From Cyanophora paradoxa CCMP329 (lineage: Eukaryota; Plantae; Glaucophyta), in NCBI GenBank assembly GCA_004431415.1, contig QPMI01000048.1, positions 124,001-188,000 on the forward strand: DNA of 64,000 bases, read 5' to 3'. The position numbers and the translations under genes are program-made. Shown piece after piece: positions 36,401 to 49,537 of the stretch. The stretch's first letter is position 1, and each line of letters begins with the position of its first letter. The notes under the pieces are model-generated. The model was not told where the DNA came from, made no database searches, and was given only the letters and a program-made list of their open reading frames with translations.

Positions 36401-39400
36401 CGCGCTCGCTTCCACGAACTCATTCCAAGTCTGCTTCAACAATTCAGGGTACATCAACGCCACAGTCACGGTCTCGGCACCCGGAGGAAACGCGAACTCT
36501 AGCTACAGCTTCTTCGTAAACGGTGCATTGTGTTATCGTGCCTCCGGGGATACCTGAGTTGCTCATCTCGTAAATTTTCATCAGACCGCCTCCGAACCAA
36601 AATGGAGCTTCAGGGTCTACACCTTGCTGCGCCCGCATTGTCAGTCGGGAAAGACGAGCTCTGCAACATAAGCGTTCAGTATTCCGCGGGCGCTCCGCCC
36701 ACTGTCGTCCGCTGGTGGACTCCAGACTACCGCCACGACCTCGATGACAAGCTATCCGTGCGGGTCTCCTTCACGAGCCCCGGGGAAACGCGCGTCAGGG
36801 TCCTCGTCGCAAACGAGTTCGGCAACGACACTGCAGAGACATTTGTACTCGTTCGCTGTGCGCTAGAAGATCTCTCGACTTTTCGATGCTTAGATTAACC
36901 TCTTATTTTAACGCTTTTATTTTAGATTCGCCACCTCGAAATCCCGCCATCACTCTGGAACCTGCCAAGCTTGAGTTTGGTGTCGGCGAATCCGTGCGGC
37001 TCTGGTACGAGGTCGACGCGGACAGACCAGCATCGGCTGTGTGGATGGTCGGACTCTCCGACGATATCTGGGCTGGCATTCCGAACCAATGGAGGACAAC
37101 GCACAACTTCAACTCTTCTCGAAACGAGACTAAGCCCCAGTCAGCTCCGATGAACCCTAACAGCACAGTTCCGACAAGCCTGGGGCTCCCCGCACACTCG
37201 CCATCGACGCCTATCTCCTGGTGGTTCACTGCTCCGGGAGAGTATGCAATCTTTCTCCGGACATACAACGACGATGGCTTCGCCAACACCTCCGTAACTG
37301 TATTTGTTTCAGGTATTTTTAATCTCTCATCATCGTTCTGTTGCGGAATGTCGCGCTGATTTCCGGTCTCCGGTCTGAAAAGCAAATGCTACTGAATGCG
37401 ACGACCCGCTTTCTGGCCTCAAGTTCGACGCATGCGTACGTCAGCGTGTGTTGCTTGAAAGAAAACTCCAACGCTGCATCGCCGTCGCAGGGTGTATGCA
37501 ACGGGACTGGCGAGTGCCTCGGGTGTGATTTGGTGCCGAACTCCAATCTGCGAATGGACGCATGCAACGTTTGCGGCGGAGATAACTCGGCTTGCATCGG
37601 CTGCGATAAGATTCCCAACTCTGGGCTGGAGTACGATGCTTGCGACGTTTGCGGGTGCGCATTTGCACGCTTAGTTTATGATTGCGAACCCGCTTTCTTG
37701 CAGTAAATAATGCGTTCGCGACGTTGGCAGAGGCGACTCAAGCACGTGCGTGCCAGCAGTGCGGTCTGTCTTCCCTGTCGCTGGCCCCATCCGCGGAGGC
37801 ACATCCCTGACGCTGCTGGCCGACAATGTTGTAACGGTATGTGTGTAAGAATTTCCGATCCATTCCTCCGAGTTCTAGATCTAGTTCTCAACATTCGCGC
37901 AGGCGAGCGACCTCACTTGCCTCGTCGACGGCCTGGAGGTCGCCGCTCAGCTGCTCCGTCGCTCCCCCGACGGCGACATCGTCCTCTGCCACTCGCCACC
38001 TTCGACCTGCGCCGCGGACGTCTGCGACGTTTCGGTCCACGTTCGCTTCACGATAGCTCGCGCGAACTCCCTGCAAGCTCATTTCATGCAAAGCGTCGAG
38101 GGGGCGACCTTCACGTATTTCCGTGCGCAAGCACCCTCGAGCTCGCATGCACGGTGCTTTTGCGGCGCGCTGAAAGGAACACAGGCTATATGCCTGTGCT
38201 TACAGCACTTCACCCTGCTGCGGGCTCTGCCGCCGGCGGGCTTGCTTTGACGCTCACTGGTCTCAACATGTCTCTTGCGGGCTTCTCGAGCTCCGGCGTG
38301 TCCGCTTTTCACGTGGTTGGACGAGTTCGAATTTGCGATAGGACCGTTTCGACACAGGTTTGCAGCGATGCTCGGAGCTTCGAATTCCCTTTCCTTAGCC
38401 GTCTCACATGCGCTGCGCTGCACTGCGCGCAGGAACTGCTGCATGGCCGTGCGATCGTCCGCATTCCTGCGAAGGAGGCGCGACAGCCGTCGAACTGCAC
38501 AGTGTCCTTCTCCTTCGCCGATGGAATCGCCTCCTCGAACCCGCTCTTCTTCTACTATTACGGTGCTGATCTTGAGACGCTGTACGCTTTCAATTTAATT
38601 TTAGATCCTCTGACATGTCCGCTCTCACAACAGACTCTCCCGTGCTCGCGACATCGCTCTATCCGCGACTCGCATTCACGAACTCCACTTCTTCGTTTTG
38701 CCTTTCTGGAATAAATATGATGCAACCTTTTGCGAGGCGAGTGCCATAACTTGATTAAGCTTTTAATAATTTGCACGAGCCTGGATTGATCATGAGGTTC
38801 GCGATTGCCCCCGCAGTGTGAAGCTTGCATCTGGCGGAGTCGCGATTGCGACAAATACGCTAACATTGAATGCAAGCAGAGATGAGGGATGCAACGGGAC
38901 CCTGTTCTCAGTCCCGGCTTCTTCTGTCCCAAGAGGGAATGCCGTAGTGCAGTTCTCGCCCAACGGGCAGGATTGGACGACGTACGCAGCGCTTCAAATT
39001 ACGTTCATCGGTAACTATACATGAAACATTCGTGATGGTTGAACGCAGTTGAACGCAGTTGCCTCGTTGCAGATCCTCCTGTGATTGAGGGCCTGGTGCC
39101 AAGGATCGCGCCGCTGTCAGGCGGAAGCGCCTTGTCGATTCGAGTGCAGCAGTCCTGGTTCGAGGCACTCGACCCGGGCCTGGATGCGGTTCTCTCGAGA
39201 GCATTGGTCCTTCTTGTCGGCGGGTCACCTGCAGGTACTGTCATCGTGGACCGAAGCTCGAACCGGTCTTCAATTATGAGTTTCGCGCCTTCGTCTGCTC
39301 TCTCTTCTCCGGGCATTGCTCCTGTCCGCTTGGCCTCCTCACTGAGGCAAACGTACGGTATTAATGAGACTGTGTTTGTAGGCGAGATTTATTACTATGG

Positions 39401-42400
39401 TGCACGCTTCTGTGGTGCTGGTATTCGAATTCAGTGCACTGAATATTATTCATGCAGACGGCACGTCGATGACGACGAATGTCTCGAGCTGTAGGCTCTC
39501 CGGAGGCTCTCAGCTTTGGTTCGAGATGGACCCGCTGCTCAGCGACGGCGTCCACAAGGCCGGTCTGAACGTGTCAGAGATGAAATGCGCGTTCCTCGGA
39601 CTGGCAGGTGCCATTGTCGCCGCCTTCCCGGTGGCTCGGGTCGATGGCCGAACCATCCGGTGCTCGGCGAGCCCCGACGCGCGACACGTGCTCCCGGTAT
39701 ACGTAGAGGGTTCGGCTAGCGCTTCGGTTCCCGTCCGGGTCGCCGTGTCCCTCAACGGAATCGACTTTATCGAGGTCATGAACGTCTCGCTGTCTCTGTG
39801 GGGTGCGTAAGTGTTTCCAATCGCACTCGAATTGTCTAACTTGCTCTGCACGACAGCGGATCCCTACGTGTCAGATCTGCTCACCGACACGATGGACTTG
39901 TGGACTAGCGATCTCGATAGCGCTAGCGCTGTCCCAACTCTACTGCAGCGGACCATGGAGTTCGAGGGGCGTGTGTTTGTGGATTCGCGGGCAGCCTCAA
40001 CGACCTGCTCCCTGATGGCGAATGTCAACGGCGGTCCTCGATACATCAACGGAACTGTCGCCTGCAAAGACAACTGCACGCGCTACGAGTGCACGCTTCG
40101 CGTTCCGAAAGATACAGTTCCGGGCATGTACGCCGTCTTCATCGGAGTCGCGGGACAGGGCTTCCCGACTGGCTATCAAGTCGCGGTGCTTGGTGCGCGG
40201 GTTTGTGCGACTCGGCGATCGCGCAGTCAGCTAATTTGTGGCAAATCAGGAGACGGCGCGCGGCCCACGACGCACTCCCCAGAAGCGCTAGATTTCCGGA
40301 GAGGCGCGGCGGGGTCTTCATGGGTGCGTCGACGTCTTTGTGTGAGAGGAAAGGCGTTGATAGTTTTCATCGGAGCTCATGATCATTCGCGGCATTGCCC
40401 GCTCAGATTCTTAACATCACTCTCGCCGATGCGGTGGCCTGGGCGGACTACAGCCGCGAAGTCGGATGCTCAATATCCCGCAGAGAGGGACGGGAAATCC
40501 GAGTCCCGTCTTTGCCAATGAACGCGTCGTCGCGATACATCGCCTGCAATTATTCTGCCTGGCCAGCTGGAAATGCAAGCGCTTCTGGAGACTGGCGGAT
40601 CGGTATATTCGCTGGGAACGGATATAAAGCGCACCTGCCTCTTACCATGACCGTTTTCGGTGCACGGCTTGCAATTAATTTACTAATCGTATGTAATCCT
40701 AATGCGGATCTTTCTGAGTGCAGACAGTGCAAAGCCACCAGCGATTGAGTCTGTTCATCCAGATGTCGTGCTCTTCCGCGATTTCAACAACAGCGTCGGC
40801 TATTCAACGGTCCGCATTGTGGGCGGCAATTTCGCTCGCGGCGCGACGACCACATGCCGGCTTCGAAGCGGCCAGGCCACAGTGCGGCTGAATCTGAACT
40901 CGAGCTCAAATAGCTTGTTGCCGTCGGCTGATAGCTTCTTTTGTGCACGGTCTCAGGTTTCGAAGCCGGCAAGCTACGTGAATGCCACCGCCGTCGACTG
41001 CCCGATTCCATCCTCTTGGATTACTACACAGCTGGTGGGGAGCTGGAGCAACAGCGTCGCAAGCGTGAACATAGAGGTGTCGAACGACGGCAGCGCATGG
41101 AGCTCCTCAACTGTGCAAGCGACGATATGTGCGCCGATACCCTTGGTATGTCTATTGCGATGTAAGCGGCTTTAATCTTCGTGTCCGCAGATGGTATCAG
41201 AAATGAGACGAAGGTGTCGATGACTGTCGAACCTGTCAAGGCTTTCTATGAGGCGGGCACGAGCCTGCGCGTCTCTTCTCAAGCTCCGGAGTATGTGAAC
41301 GGGTCATTTATCTCCAGCCGCATAAGTTGCCGGTCCGTTCACGGTCATGCACATCCCTCCTTTTTATAATGACAACGTGCATTGCAAATCGGAGCTCATC
41401 AGTTCGACTGGGGCGCAGAAACGCCGACATAGACGGAGCCAAGACGCTGCCGTCGGTTTCCGTCGATTCGTCGTTCTGGTCGACCGGGCGTTCTTCGTTC
41501 CTGCACAATTTGACCGTGGCTGGAAACTGCACCCTCGAGATCATTCTGGGCTCCGAGGTCGTTGCTAGCTCGCGGATTGAGGTTATCTCTGGACCTCCGG
41601 CTAACGCAACGAGCCGAGTGTCGTGCCCGGGCAGCGTCGTTGCAGGGGCGTCCCAGGTGGGCCCATGCTCGGCCAGCATCCGAGACGCGTTCGGCAATGT
41701 GGCAGACGCTGTGCTGCGTGACGGCCTGACACTCCACATGGAATTGCTCTCCGGCTCCGGCTCCGGCGCCGGCGCTCTTATCGCCTCGAGCGAAGTCGCT
41801 CTTACCGACGCCAGCGTTCGCACGACTGCATTCCTGTTTGACACCAGCGGCGCGATCACCAAGGCGGAAGTACTGGTTGCCAAGTTCTTCGTGGTGTTCA
41901 GTGGCGACGCGGGATCCGAACGCGTGGACCTGCCTTTCTCGCAAGCGAATCTCACCGTCCAACCCGGTGCATTCTCGGCCACTCCGAAGATGAAGCTTCG
42001 TCTAATCTAAAGCTTTATATGAACGCAGGGCTTCCGTCTTCTTCAACGTCGGAGCTTGCTCTCCCTACATTTATTTCTGCTGCGGGAACTTTAGTAAACG
42101 GCTCGATCATCCTCAGGCAAGCTGCATCTCTTTCAGAGAAACTGAATAGTGCATCATCAAAGTAATTTCCACCTCTCTCGCAGGGACTCGTTCGGAAACC
42201 TTTCTGGGACTACGGAATACCTCAAGCTGCGCGGGACTGCTCGGCCAAGCTCTCATGAGCCCAATGCGCAAGATATAAGAGTGCCTGTGATAGCAATGGA
42301 AAACGGTCCCAGCGTTGTGGAGATCCGAATAACTCAGGCTGGCGTCTGGAACGTTAGCTTATCAAGCTGTCCCGTCTACACAACTGAGCATTCCAACTGC

Positions 42401-45400
42401 GTCTTCATTGCAAGTGCAAATCTCACCATCGTGGCGGGTGCGTGATCGTGAATATTATTGTATACTAGTGGCCCGGCCGCGTTTTGGCGCGCCGGGGGTG
42501 CAAGGGGGGAATCGGGATCTAATGAAAGAGTAGTAGTGGCACGAACATGCTCGATATAAGCTCGATATAAGCTCGATATAAGCGCAGCAAGAGAGTACGG
42601 TCTAGATCTGGCCGGCCGGGCGTGCTCGGCTGCGATCAGCTGCAGCGGCGCAGGCAGCAACGCAAGCAGTTTCTAGGCGGAAATCTAGAGGAGACGTTGA
42701 CAGGTAGAGAGAAGTGGTTCCATGCAGAACCGCGCAACGAAGAGCAAGGCGTACGCGACGCACTGCGACGAAGCCGAAATCTACAGGAGACAGCTAGGGA
42801 GAACTGGTTCCATGCAGAATCGCGCAAGGAATTTGAAGACCGGAATGAGAGAGAAGTTGGTTTCCAGGCGTCAAGGCGACGAAAACTGGTCTTCGCCCTC
42901 GAAAACCGCTTTTTGCATGGACGGCCGCAGCGACAAACACGTGGCGCAACCCAATTTCGACCCATTTTTTCCCCACGTTGCAAACTGGACCTCGAAAACG
43001 GCCTCATAGAAGAATTTTGGCTGAAGCGAGGGAACGGGAAGCAAGGGGGTCCCCTTCCCCCCTTGCAATATTGAATAGCCTCACGTTATGTTGATCCAAC
43101 CCCTGTTGACGCCGAGCGGCGCACCAGGTCCTCTCTCGATCACGGCAAGCCGGCTTACACTTCCTGGATCGGATCCCATCGCCGGCGCTGGCTTCAGCGT
43201 CGGCCTGGATCTCCGTGATAGGTCCAACCCCAGCCCACTTATAATCAATTATCCGCTTTTTGACATCCGGTTGAACACAAATGCTAACCTGATTGCGCGC
43301 TTCGGCAGCTACGGAAACGCGATATCCAACGCGAGCCTCTCAACGCTGCCAAAAGTCCTAGCTTATCATGTGGCCTCGACGCCATTGGCTGCTGACGCGC
43401 TCGTGTTTGGATGGTCCTGGGAATCGAACTCCAGCTCGAACTCGACGAGCCTGGATTCAAGCGAGCCCGAGACCTTCATCTTTTTCACTCAGCTCAATCT
43501 TACAGTGTCCTCCACTTGGGCCCTCGAGCTCTCCTCGGACGGCTTTGAGCGCTCAGCGATCGGCTCTTCGTCGACGTTCGTCACAGTCAAGCCAGGTCCG
43601 CGCGCCACACAGCTTTGAGAACATTTACGCGTCTGGGTGGTGCTAAATTGTCGTGTACTCGTGCGATAGATGCCATGGAACCTTGGACGACCGACTTCTT
43701 GACCCTGCCCCGGGTCGCTGTGTCGGGGAGCGAAGCCATTGTTTCGATGCAGCTTCGTGACCGCTTTGGGAACCCCGTCGACGCTCCACCCTGGCAAGCA
43801 GCTTTTGGATTCGACGAGGCTCCGGGAACTCTTTCCGTCGTGTCTGCGGACGGCACGTCGACTTCAGTCCCCGTTCGTTTCGTCTCGGACCCGCTCACTG
43901 GCCTCCTCGAGGCGACCTTTGTCACATCCGTCACGGGAACTGCGCGGCTGGACTTTGCTCTGCGCGCCCGGCCGGGGGCCCCGCCTCTGCACGTCGGCAC
44001 GCGCCCCGTCCTCAACTGGCTCCCAGCGCCCGCGCCGACCGTCGTCCTCGCCGAAATGACGTCGTCCCTTATCGCCGTCCGGTTCAGCGCCGACACGAAC
44101 GCGGGCCGCATGCAGCTCGGGCAGCGGTACCCCGCCGATGCGCTGTTCGACCCAGCGAGCGCTTCCCTGCTCAAGGGTGCGAGCTATTCCATGTCAATGT
44201 GAATCAAACGGCTCCTCTGCTCGCGCTCAGTGCCTCGCAGGAGAGGTCATCTGGAAGGATCGCTCTCTGCTGCACGTGCTCCTTTCCGCATCCAGCGCGG
44301 TCGTCCCGGGGCGGGCGGTATTGCGGTTCCAGCCCGGGAAGGTTCGGACCGCCCTCGAGAACTCGATCTCGATGGATTCGGCCTTCAATCTCTTCGTCGC
44401 CCCGTCGATTGCACCGCCTGTGGCAGTCATAACGGTGCGCCTTCGTAGTTTTAGTTTGCGGTAAAAGAATGCGCCAAGTGACAATAAACTTGATGTTGCA
44501 GGGCCCGAGCAAGTTCTCCGGCTGTTCTGACATCTCCTTCTCTGGTGCCCTGTCCTACGGGAGCAACAACCGGCCGATGATCTACCACTGGAGCGCTCGA
44601 TCGGAGAACGCCACCGCCCAGCAGGCCGCGTCGCTCGTTCTAGACCCGCAGGCTAGCCAGCAGTCGGTCGCCCTGCGCGCCGCCCAGATCGCAACGCTGC
44701 CGGCGGGCGTCTACGAGTTATCTCTCACCGTCTCGACGTCCTGGGGCATGCAGAGCACCACGAGCCTTCGCGTGGAGAAGATCGATCTGCCCGACGACGA
44801 CAACGGCACCAACGTGCACGTGACTTCGATCGCGATCCTCGCGCCCCGCGTGCTGCGCGTCAGAGGCGCCGGCTCTCTCGCTTTGAGGGCCGAGGTCTAC
44901 TCGTGCCGGAGCGATGCAGCGGACTTTGCTTGGCAGGCGAGCGGCCTCGCAACTGCGAACGACAGCGAGGCAGCCGCTTCGAGTGCAGGCGCAGGGCAGA
45001 GGGCGTTCCTCCAGGCCCGCGCGCTGCCTCGCGGCGGAAACGCGACGGTGGCCGTCGCGGCGAGCAGGAACGGGACGGTTGTCGCAGAAGATCGAATCAC
45101 TCTAATCGCCGTGCCCTCCAGAATCGTCGCCCTTACGAGCCCTCGAGGTGCACAGCTCTTCAGCATGTTTTGTGTGACAAGGTGATGTGTCAAACATTCG
45201 CTTCAGGCCTCATCGTCGCGCGCGCGGGTAGTTCTGAGCCGCTGGTGGTCGATGCATCGCTCTCGTTCGATCCCGACGAGCCCGAAGCGGGCTCTGCCGG
45301 GCTGCTTTTCGAGTGGACGTGCTTCGATATGCGCACGGGCGTCTCTTGCGCTAGCGATATCCTAGGAGGTACAATCAAGTTTTCGAGCCGTTTAACGCAT

Positions 45401-48400
45401 GCGTGTTTCCTCGTTTTAATTTACACGTGCGCATGCGTAGATAACGACAACCAAGCCAGGATAGAGATTCCGGGGTCCGCCCTCCAGCGCGTCTCAGGGG
45501 CGCCGGCCTTGCCCGCGGACATCCGCCTGGCCGTCGTCGTCTCCAAGCCCTCGAAAAGGGCGTGGAGCCTGGCGGCATCGGGCGCAGCGGCGTCCGTCCT
45601 CGTGTCGATCCGCGCGAAGGACGAACCCGCGCTCAACGTGCAGGTCCGCCATCTTCACTTTGCTTCGTAATGTTTGTAGAGCTTTCTCGAGCTCGATTTG
45701 TCGCGTTCGCAGGTGCTTTCCGCCCAGCCGCACGCAACGACCGACGTGTTGCGAATCGCGGCGTCGCTGTCGCTCTCCTCTGGGGGCGCTCTGAACAACA
45801 GCGAGGCGGCCTTTTCCTGGAGCGTCTCTCCCGCGTCCTCGCAGTCGGCTTCGGGCAGCATTCTCAGGCCCGAAAACCTCTTGTCGCGGCCTGGCTCCCC
45901 GGTCCTGCTGCTCAAGCCGGGCGTGCTCGACGCGGGAATGTTGTACACGTTTACGGTCACCGCCAGAAATCGTAGCGGACCGGTCTTCGACTCGGGTATG
46001 CGCGCGAAATGTCGCGCTCAGCTGCACATTCCCAGAAACCGAAATTTCGCAGCGTCGGCGTCGGTCGAGTGCGCTTCGCATCCGTCCATGGGCAGACTCG
46101 TGCTCTCCGTGCAAGACGGCATCCTTGTGGCCGCGATGGCCGATTGGACGGATGCTCCGGACCGGCTCCCACTGTCGTACTCCTTCGGCGTGGTGTCGCC
46201 TGTCACGGGCACTGATATCTTTGTCTCTGTGGGGCAGGTGCGCATAAATTAAATCATGTGACGGTGGTACAGCCTAACTAAAGCCCGCCGACAGGCGCTA
46301 CCGTCTTTGTCTATTTCGGGGGCGTTTGCCCGCTGCCTGGCGTACCCGTGCAATCTCACGTGTTTCGGCGAGGTGCGCGATAACGGTAATGATTCTGTTG
46401 CGATTGCACGAACTTGAGAGTTTCTTGCAAGGTGACGAATAACCTTGGGCTGGCGTCGCGCGCGTCGGCGTCGGTTCAGCTGAACGCGACGCTCGCAATC
46501 GCGAAGCTGAATTCGAACTCGACGGCTTCGAATTCGAACTCCAACGCCAACGCGAGCTCGGACTCGGCGCTGCTCCTGAGCGAGGCCCTCGCGGGCAACT
46601 TCGACCCAGTCGAGATGATCCAAAAGGTGCTTGAAATTATGTGTATACGTAGAGCAGAGCTTCGGCGGATTAGATTTACTGTTCGACATCAACTCGGCTT
46701 GCGGCAGGTTGCCGAGCTCGCCCTGCTGGATTCGGGAGCACCCAATGTGCCACTGATCGACGTCCTGCGGGCCCTCAACGCCTCTGCGTCCCTCATCGAG
46801 CGTCTGGGCTCCGACGCGTACGGCCGGTTCTCCGCTCTCGCATTCCTTTCCCTGCGCTCCCGACTCGAATCCGCCGCCTCGAATTCAACCGCCGGCACCG
46901 GCGCCGAGGGCTCGGCAGCGACCGCCGACGCTCTTGAAGTCCTGCTGGCATTCCTTAGGCTGAAGCCCCTCGGGACGGCCAGCGAAGACGCGCTCCTCAC
47001 CTTGCAGACAATCCTCTCCTCGAGCTCCTCTTCGAGTTCCAGTCCTCTCCGCCGCAGCCGCGGCCGTGGCCTGCGCACCGAGACGGGTGGCCTGTCCCGG
47101 GCCGCCGTGGAGGCTTCCTTGCAGTCGCTGGCGCTTGGATCCGCTCTGCAGTGCGGGCAGCAGCCCGTAGCCCTTGGCTCCCTCTCGACCACCTCTTCCA
47201 TGGCCTTCGTGCGAGGTGCGCGTCAGCTCTCTCATCAAGTTTCAATTTTCCGCACGCATGCAAGCTTGAGCTCTCTTCGCCAGTTTGCCAGTGGGCGATT
47301 GATGACGGCAGCGTCGCGGCCTCGGACCTGCAGCTCGCAACGCCCGCCAAGGCCGCCCTGCAGAGCGCGGTCCTGGCCGTCGGGACCCCGTACCTCGCAG
47401 CCATCCGGGCCAGCCCCAGCGACCAGATCCTGCAGGTGGCGGCGTTCGCTCCCGGGCAGCTGCCCGCCGCGTCTCACCCACCCCAGTGCGGCCTCCTTCT
47501 GGTTCTTCGGCTTCGAATTCTGTCCACGGCTGACATGGAAACCACGTGCGCAGGAGCCTCCTCGTCTCCGGCGAGATCTCGCTCGCGTCCCACGAAGTTT
47601 TGTCGAGCTCCGAGCTGCGGAGCTCGTCTCTCGCCTCCGGGACGGCATCGGCGTCGACGTCGCAGCCGCTCGCGACACTGCGGATCGGGTGCGAGACCGC
47701 GTCGCTGGCGGCCCCGACCGGAATGTTCTTCTCCGGTGCGCGCTCTTATATTTGTTAGCTTCTCTTCAACATTGCAAGCGTAAAACTGAATCTTTTCACT
47801 TCGAATTTCAGGATTCGCCTGCGCTGCCCTGGGCTCGAATGGCGGCGCTGGCACTAGCGCTTGGACCCTGACCTCAAACGCCACCCGCGGCTCCGCGGGC
47901 GCGTGCTCGGCCGCCGCGCCGCTCGTCTGCGACCTCTTCGAGCTGCCGACGACGGTCGCGGTCCTGGGGCTCCTCACCCCGCTCCCCTCGGCCACGCCCA
48001 GCCCGTCGGCGCCGCTGTCCCCGACCCCTACGGCAGCCCCCGGCGGCGACGCGCCGACGCCGTCAGCGCAGCCGACGCCGGCGTCGCCGCCGTCAGCGGA
48101 GCCGACCAGTCCGCCGGACCCGGAGCAGACGCCCGCTCCCCAGGGCCCCGCCCCCGGCGGCTCCCTCACGGTTGTCGCCCCCTCGCCTTCCACCGCCCCC
48201 CTCAGCCCTGCCGCTGTCGACCCTGCACCCGGCACCGGCGCCGGCGTCGGCACCGGCACCGACGACCCGCGGCCGGAATCGCCGGCCGACACCACGCAAG
48301 GCTCGAGGCGGGCCGCCCCACAGGAAACCGGAGCCAGCGGCAGCGCCAGCCCCGCCGGCATCGCCGCCGGCGTCGCCGTCGGGATCGCGGTCCTCGCGGT

Positions 48401-48758
48401 TGTGGCAGGCCTCGCGGGCTACAGGTACCGAGCAATGTCCCTCCGCGCCGCCGAGGCCAGCAGGGCGGCTTTCGGCCCCGAGCTCGCCAACCCGGATCCG
48501 GCCGTCGACGTGTACGAGGGCGGCACCGCGGGGCCGGGGCCCGACTCTTCCGTCTCCCCTCGCAGGGCGCCCAGCATCAACAGCCCCTCCTTCACGCTCG
48601 GCGGCGAGGCCGCGGCCAGCCCCGCGGGCCTCGCGATCGCCCCACCCGAGCCGGCGCTGCTGGACGGTCCCGCGGCGTCCGCAGTGGCTCCCCCAAGCTT
48701 ACACCCAGGAGGGGCAGCATCGGAAGCCAGGCATAAGCTCATCCCCATAGTGATTTGA
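24445..48758 (+). CDS. Giant single-pass surface protein, polycystin-1-like ectodomain (uncharacterised N-terminal region, filamin/Ig, PKD, Cys-rich, IPT/TIG, REJ, GPS-like), TM and short tail; many introns
   Basis: Signal-like segment RVFLQLLAVVALANIPELAHG. PKD repeats: FFWDFGDGSFE..HHVYKYPGFYLVTV (~35700), YDFGE..HEFSSPGRFNVS, FTSPGETRVRVLVANEFG, FTAPGEYAIFLRTYN. GCDxxPNS..DACxVCGGDNSxC repeats (~37500-37760). IPT: PVLTALHPAAGSAAGG, PVIEGLVPRIAPLSGG. Ig/filamin: IRDAFGN, RDSFGN, LRDRFGN. REJ: VVDASLSFDPD..LLFEWTC, LKPGVLDAGMLYTFTVTA, DWTD..PLSYSF, VTNNLG. TM GIAAGVAVGIAVLAVVAGLAGY (~48357-48422), stop at 48758. Treating it as a single gene is inferred from continuous spliceable exons. Confidence 0.75.
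42465..43068 (-). mobile_element. Non-autonomous Helitron2/Helentron-type element (~604 bp) inside an intron of the giant gene
   Basis: Perfect 13-bp asymmetric inverted repeats TGCAAGGGGGGAA (42499-42511) and TTCCCCCCTTGCA (43055-43067). The terminal copy folds with GCAAGGGGG (43041-43049). The subterminal copy sits immediately before a GC hairpin (minus strand CCCGGCGCG-CCAAAA-CGCGGCCGGG) followed by CCACTAG|T (CTAG at 42465-42468). AT-rich flanks and no TSD. Confidence 0.8.
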
Positions 48759-49537
48759 TGTTATTGTATTAATATTTTAGGGTAGGAAAGCTCTATATCT
48801 TTCACGATTTCGTGATCAGAGCCTCGGAGTCTCTCAGAGTCTAGACGGCACTTGTGTTAATATTTGATCGTATTTCGTATTTTCAGCCTTATGATATCGC
48901 CGAGTAGGCCGGGCCATATGCATGATCATGATGAGGAGCTCGAGCGCTAGCTCGGGCCGCGGGCCGCCGGGGGCCCGCGGCCCGCAGAGCTGCAAACAGA
49001 ATTCGGATATTAATGTGCATGTGTGCATGTGCATGTGCGTGAACGTTGCGAGTCGGGAGGTGCCGCGGTACCGGTGATCATGATGAGCTCGGAAATGTTG
49101 CGCATCGATATCGGCCCCAGTGCGCTTCGCCTTCGCGCGGCCGCGCGTCTCGCCGTCTCCGGCGGGCGGCGGCAGCGCGTCTCTGCGACAGCGATCGTCC
49201 TAGAATAATTAATGACGTCCTTTATAGCTAGCTATAATGAAATGAAATCGATGCAAATGTTAATATCAATCTAAATACGAGAACAAGCACGTGTGCCCTC
49301 AAAGTTCGACAAGGCGCTTCCAACACGGGCGGACGTCTTCCGGATCTGTGGGCGAAGGGACCAAGAGACGGTGTGGTGCTATATATAGAGCCAGGGGCGC
49401 GGTACCGGTGGCGCTCATATGATCGGCCCGAGGGCGGATCCGGAGCCGGATGGGGGGGAGCAGGGAAGGATAGAGCAGGGAAGGGGGAGGGGGGAGTGGG
49501 TCGTGCAGGGGTACAGAGGTCGCGTGGGTCGGGCTGC

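Noticed and set aside
42622-43074. 150-aa ORF inside the Helitron-like element
   Set aside because: No Rep (HUH) or helicase motifs; its internal repeat only mirrors the DNA direct repeat.
20400-47300. Low-GC block as an endogenous virus, prophage or bacterial contaminant
   Set aside because: Genes carry many host-style spliceosomal introns; no capsid, integrase, packaging ATPase or PolB motifs, and no terminal repeats were seen.
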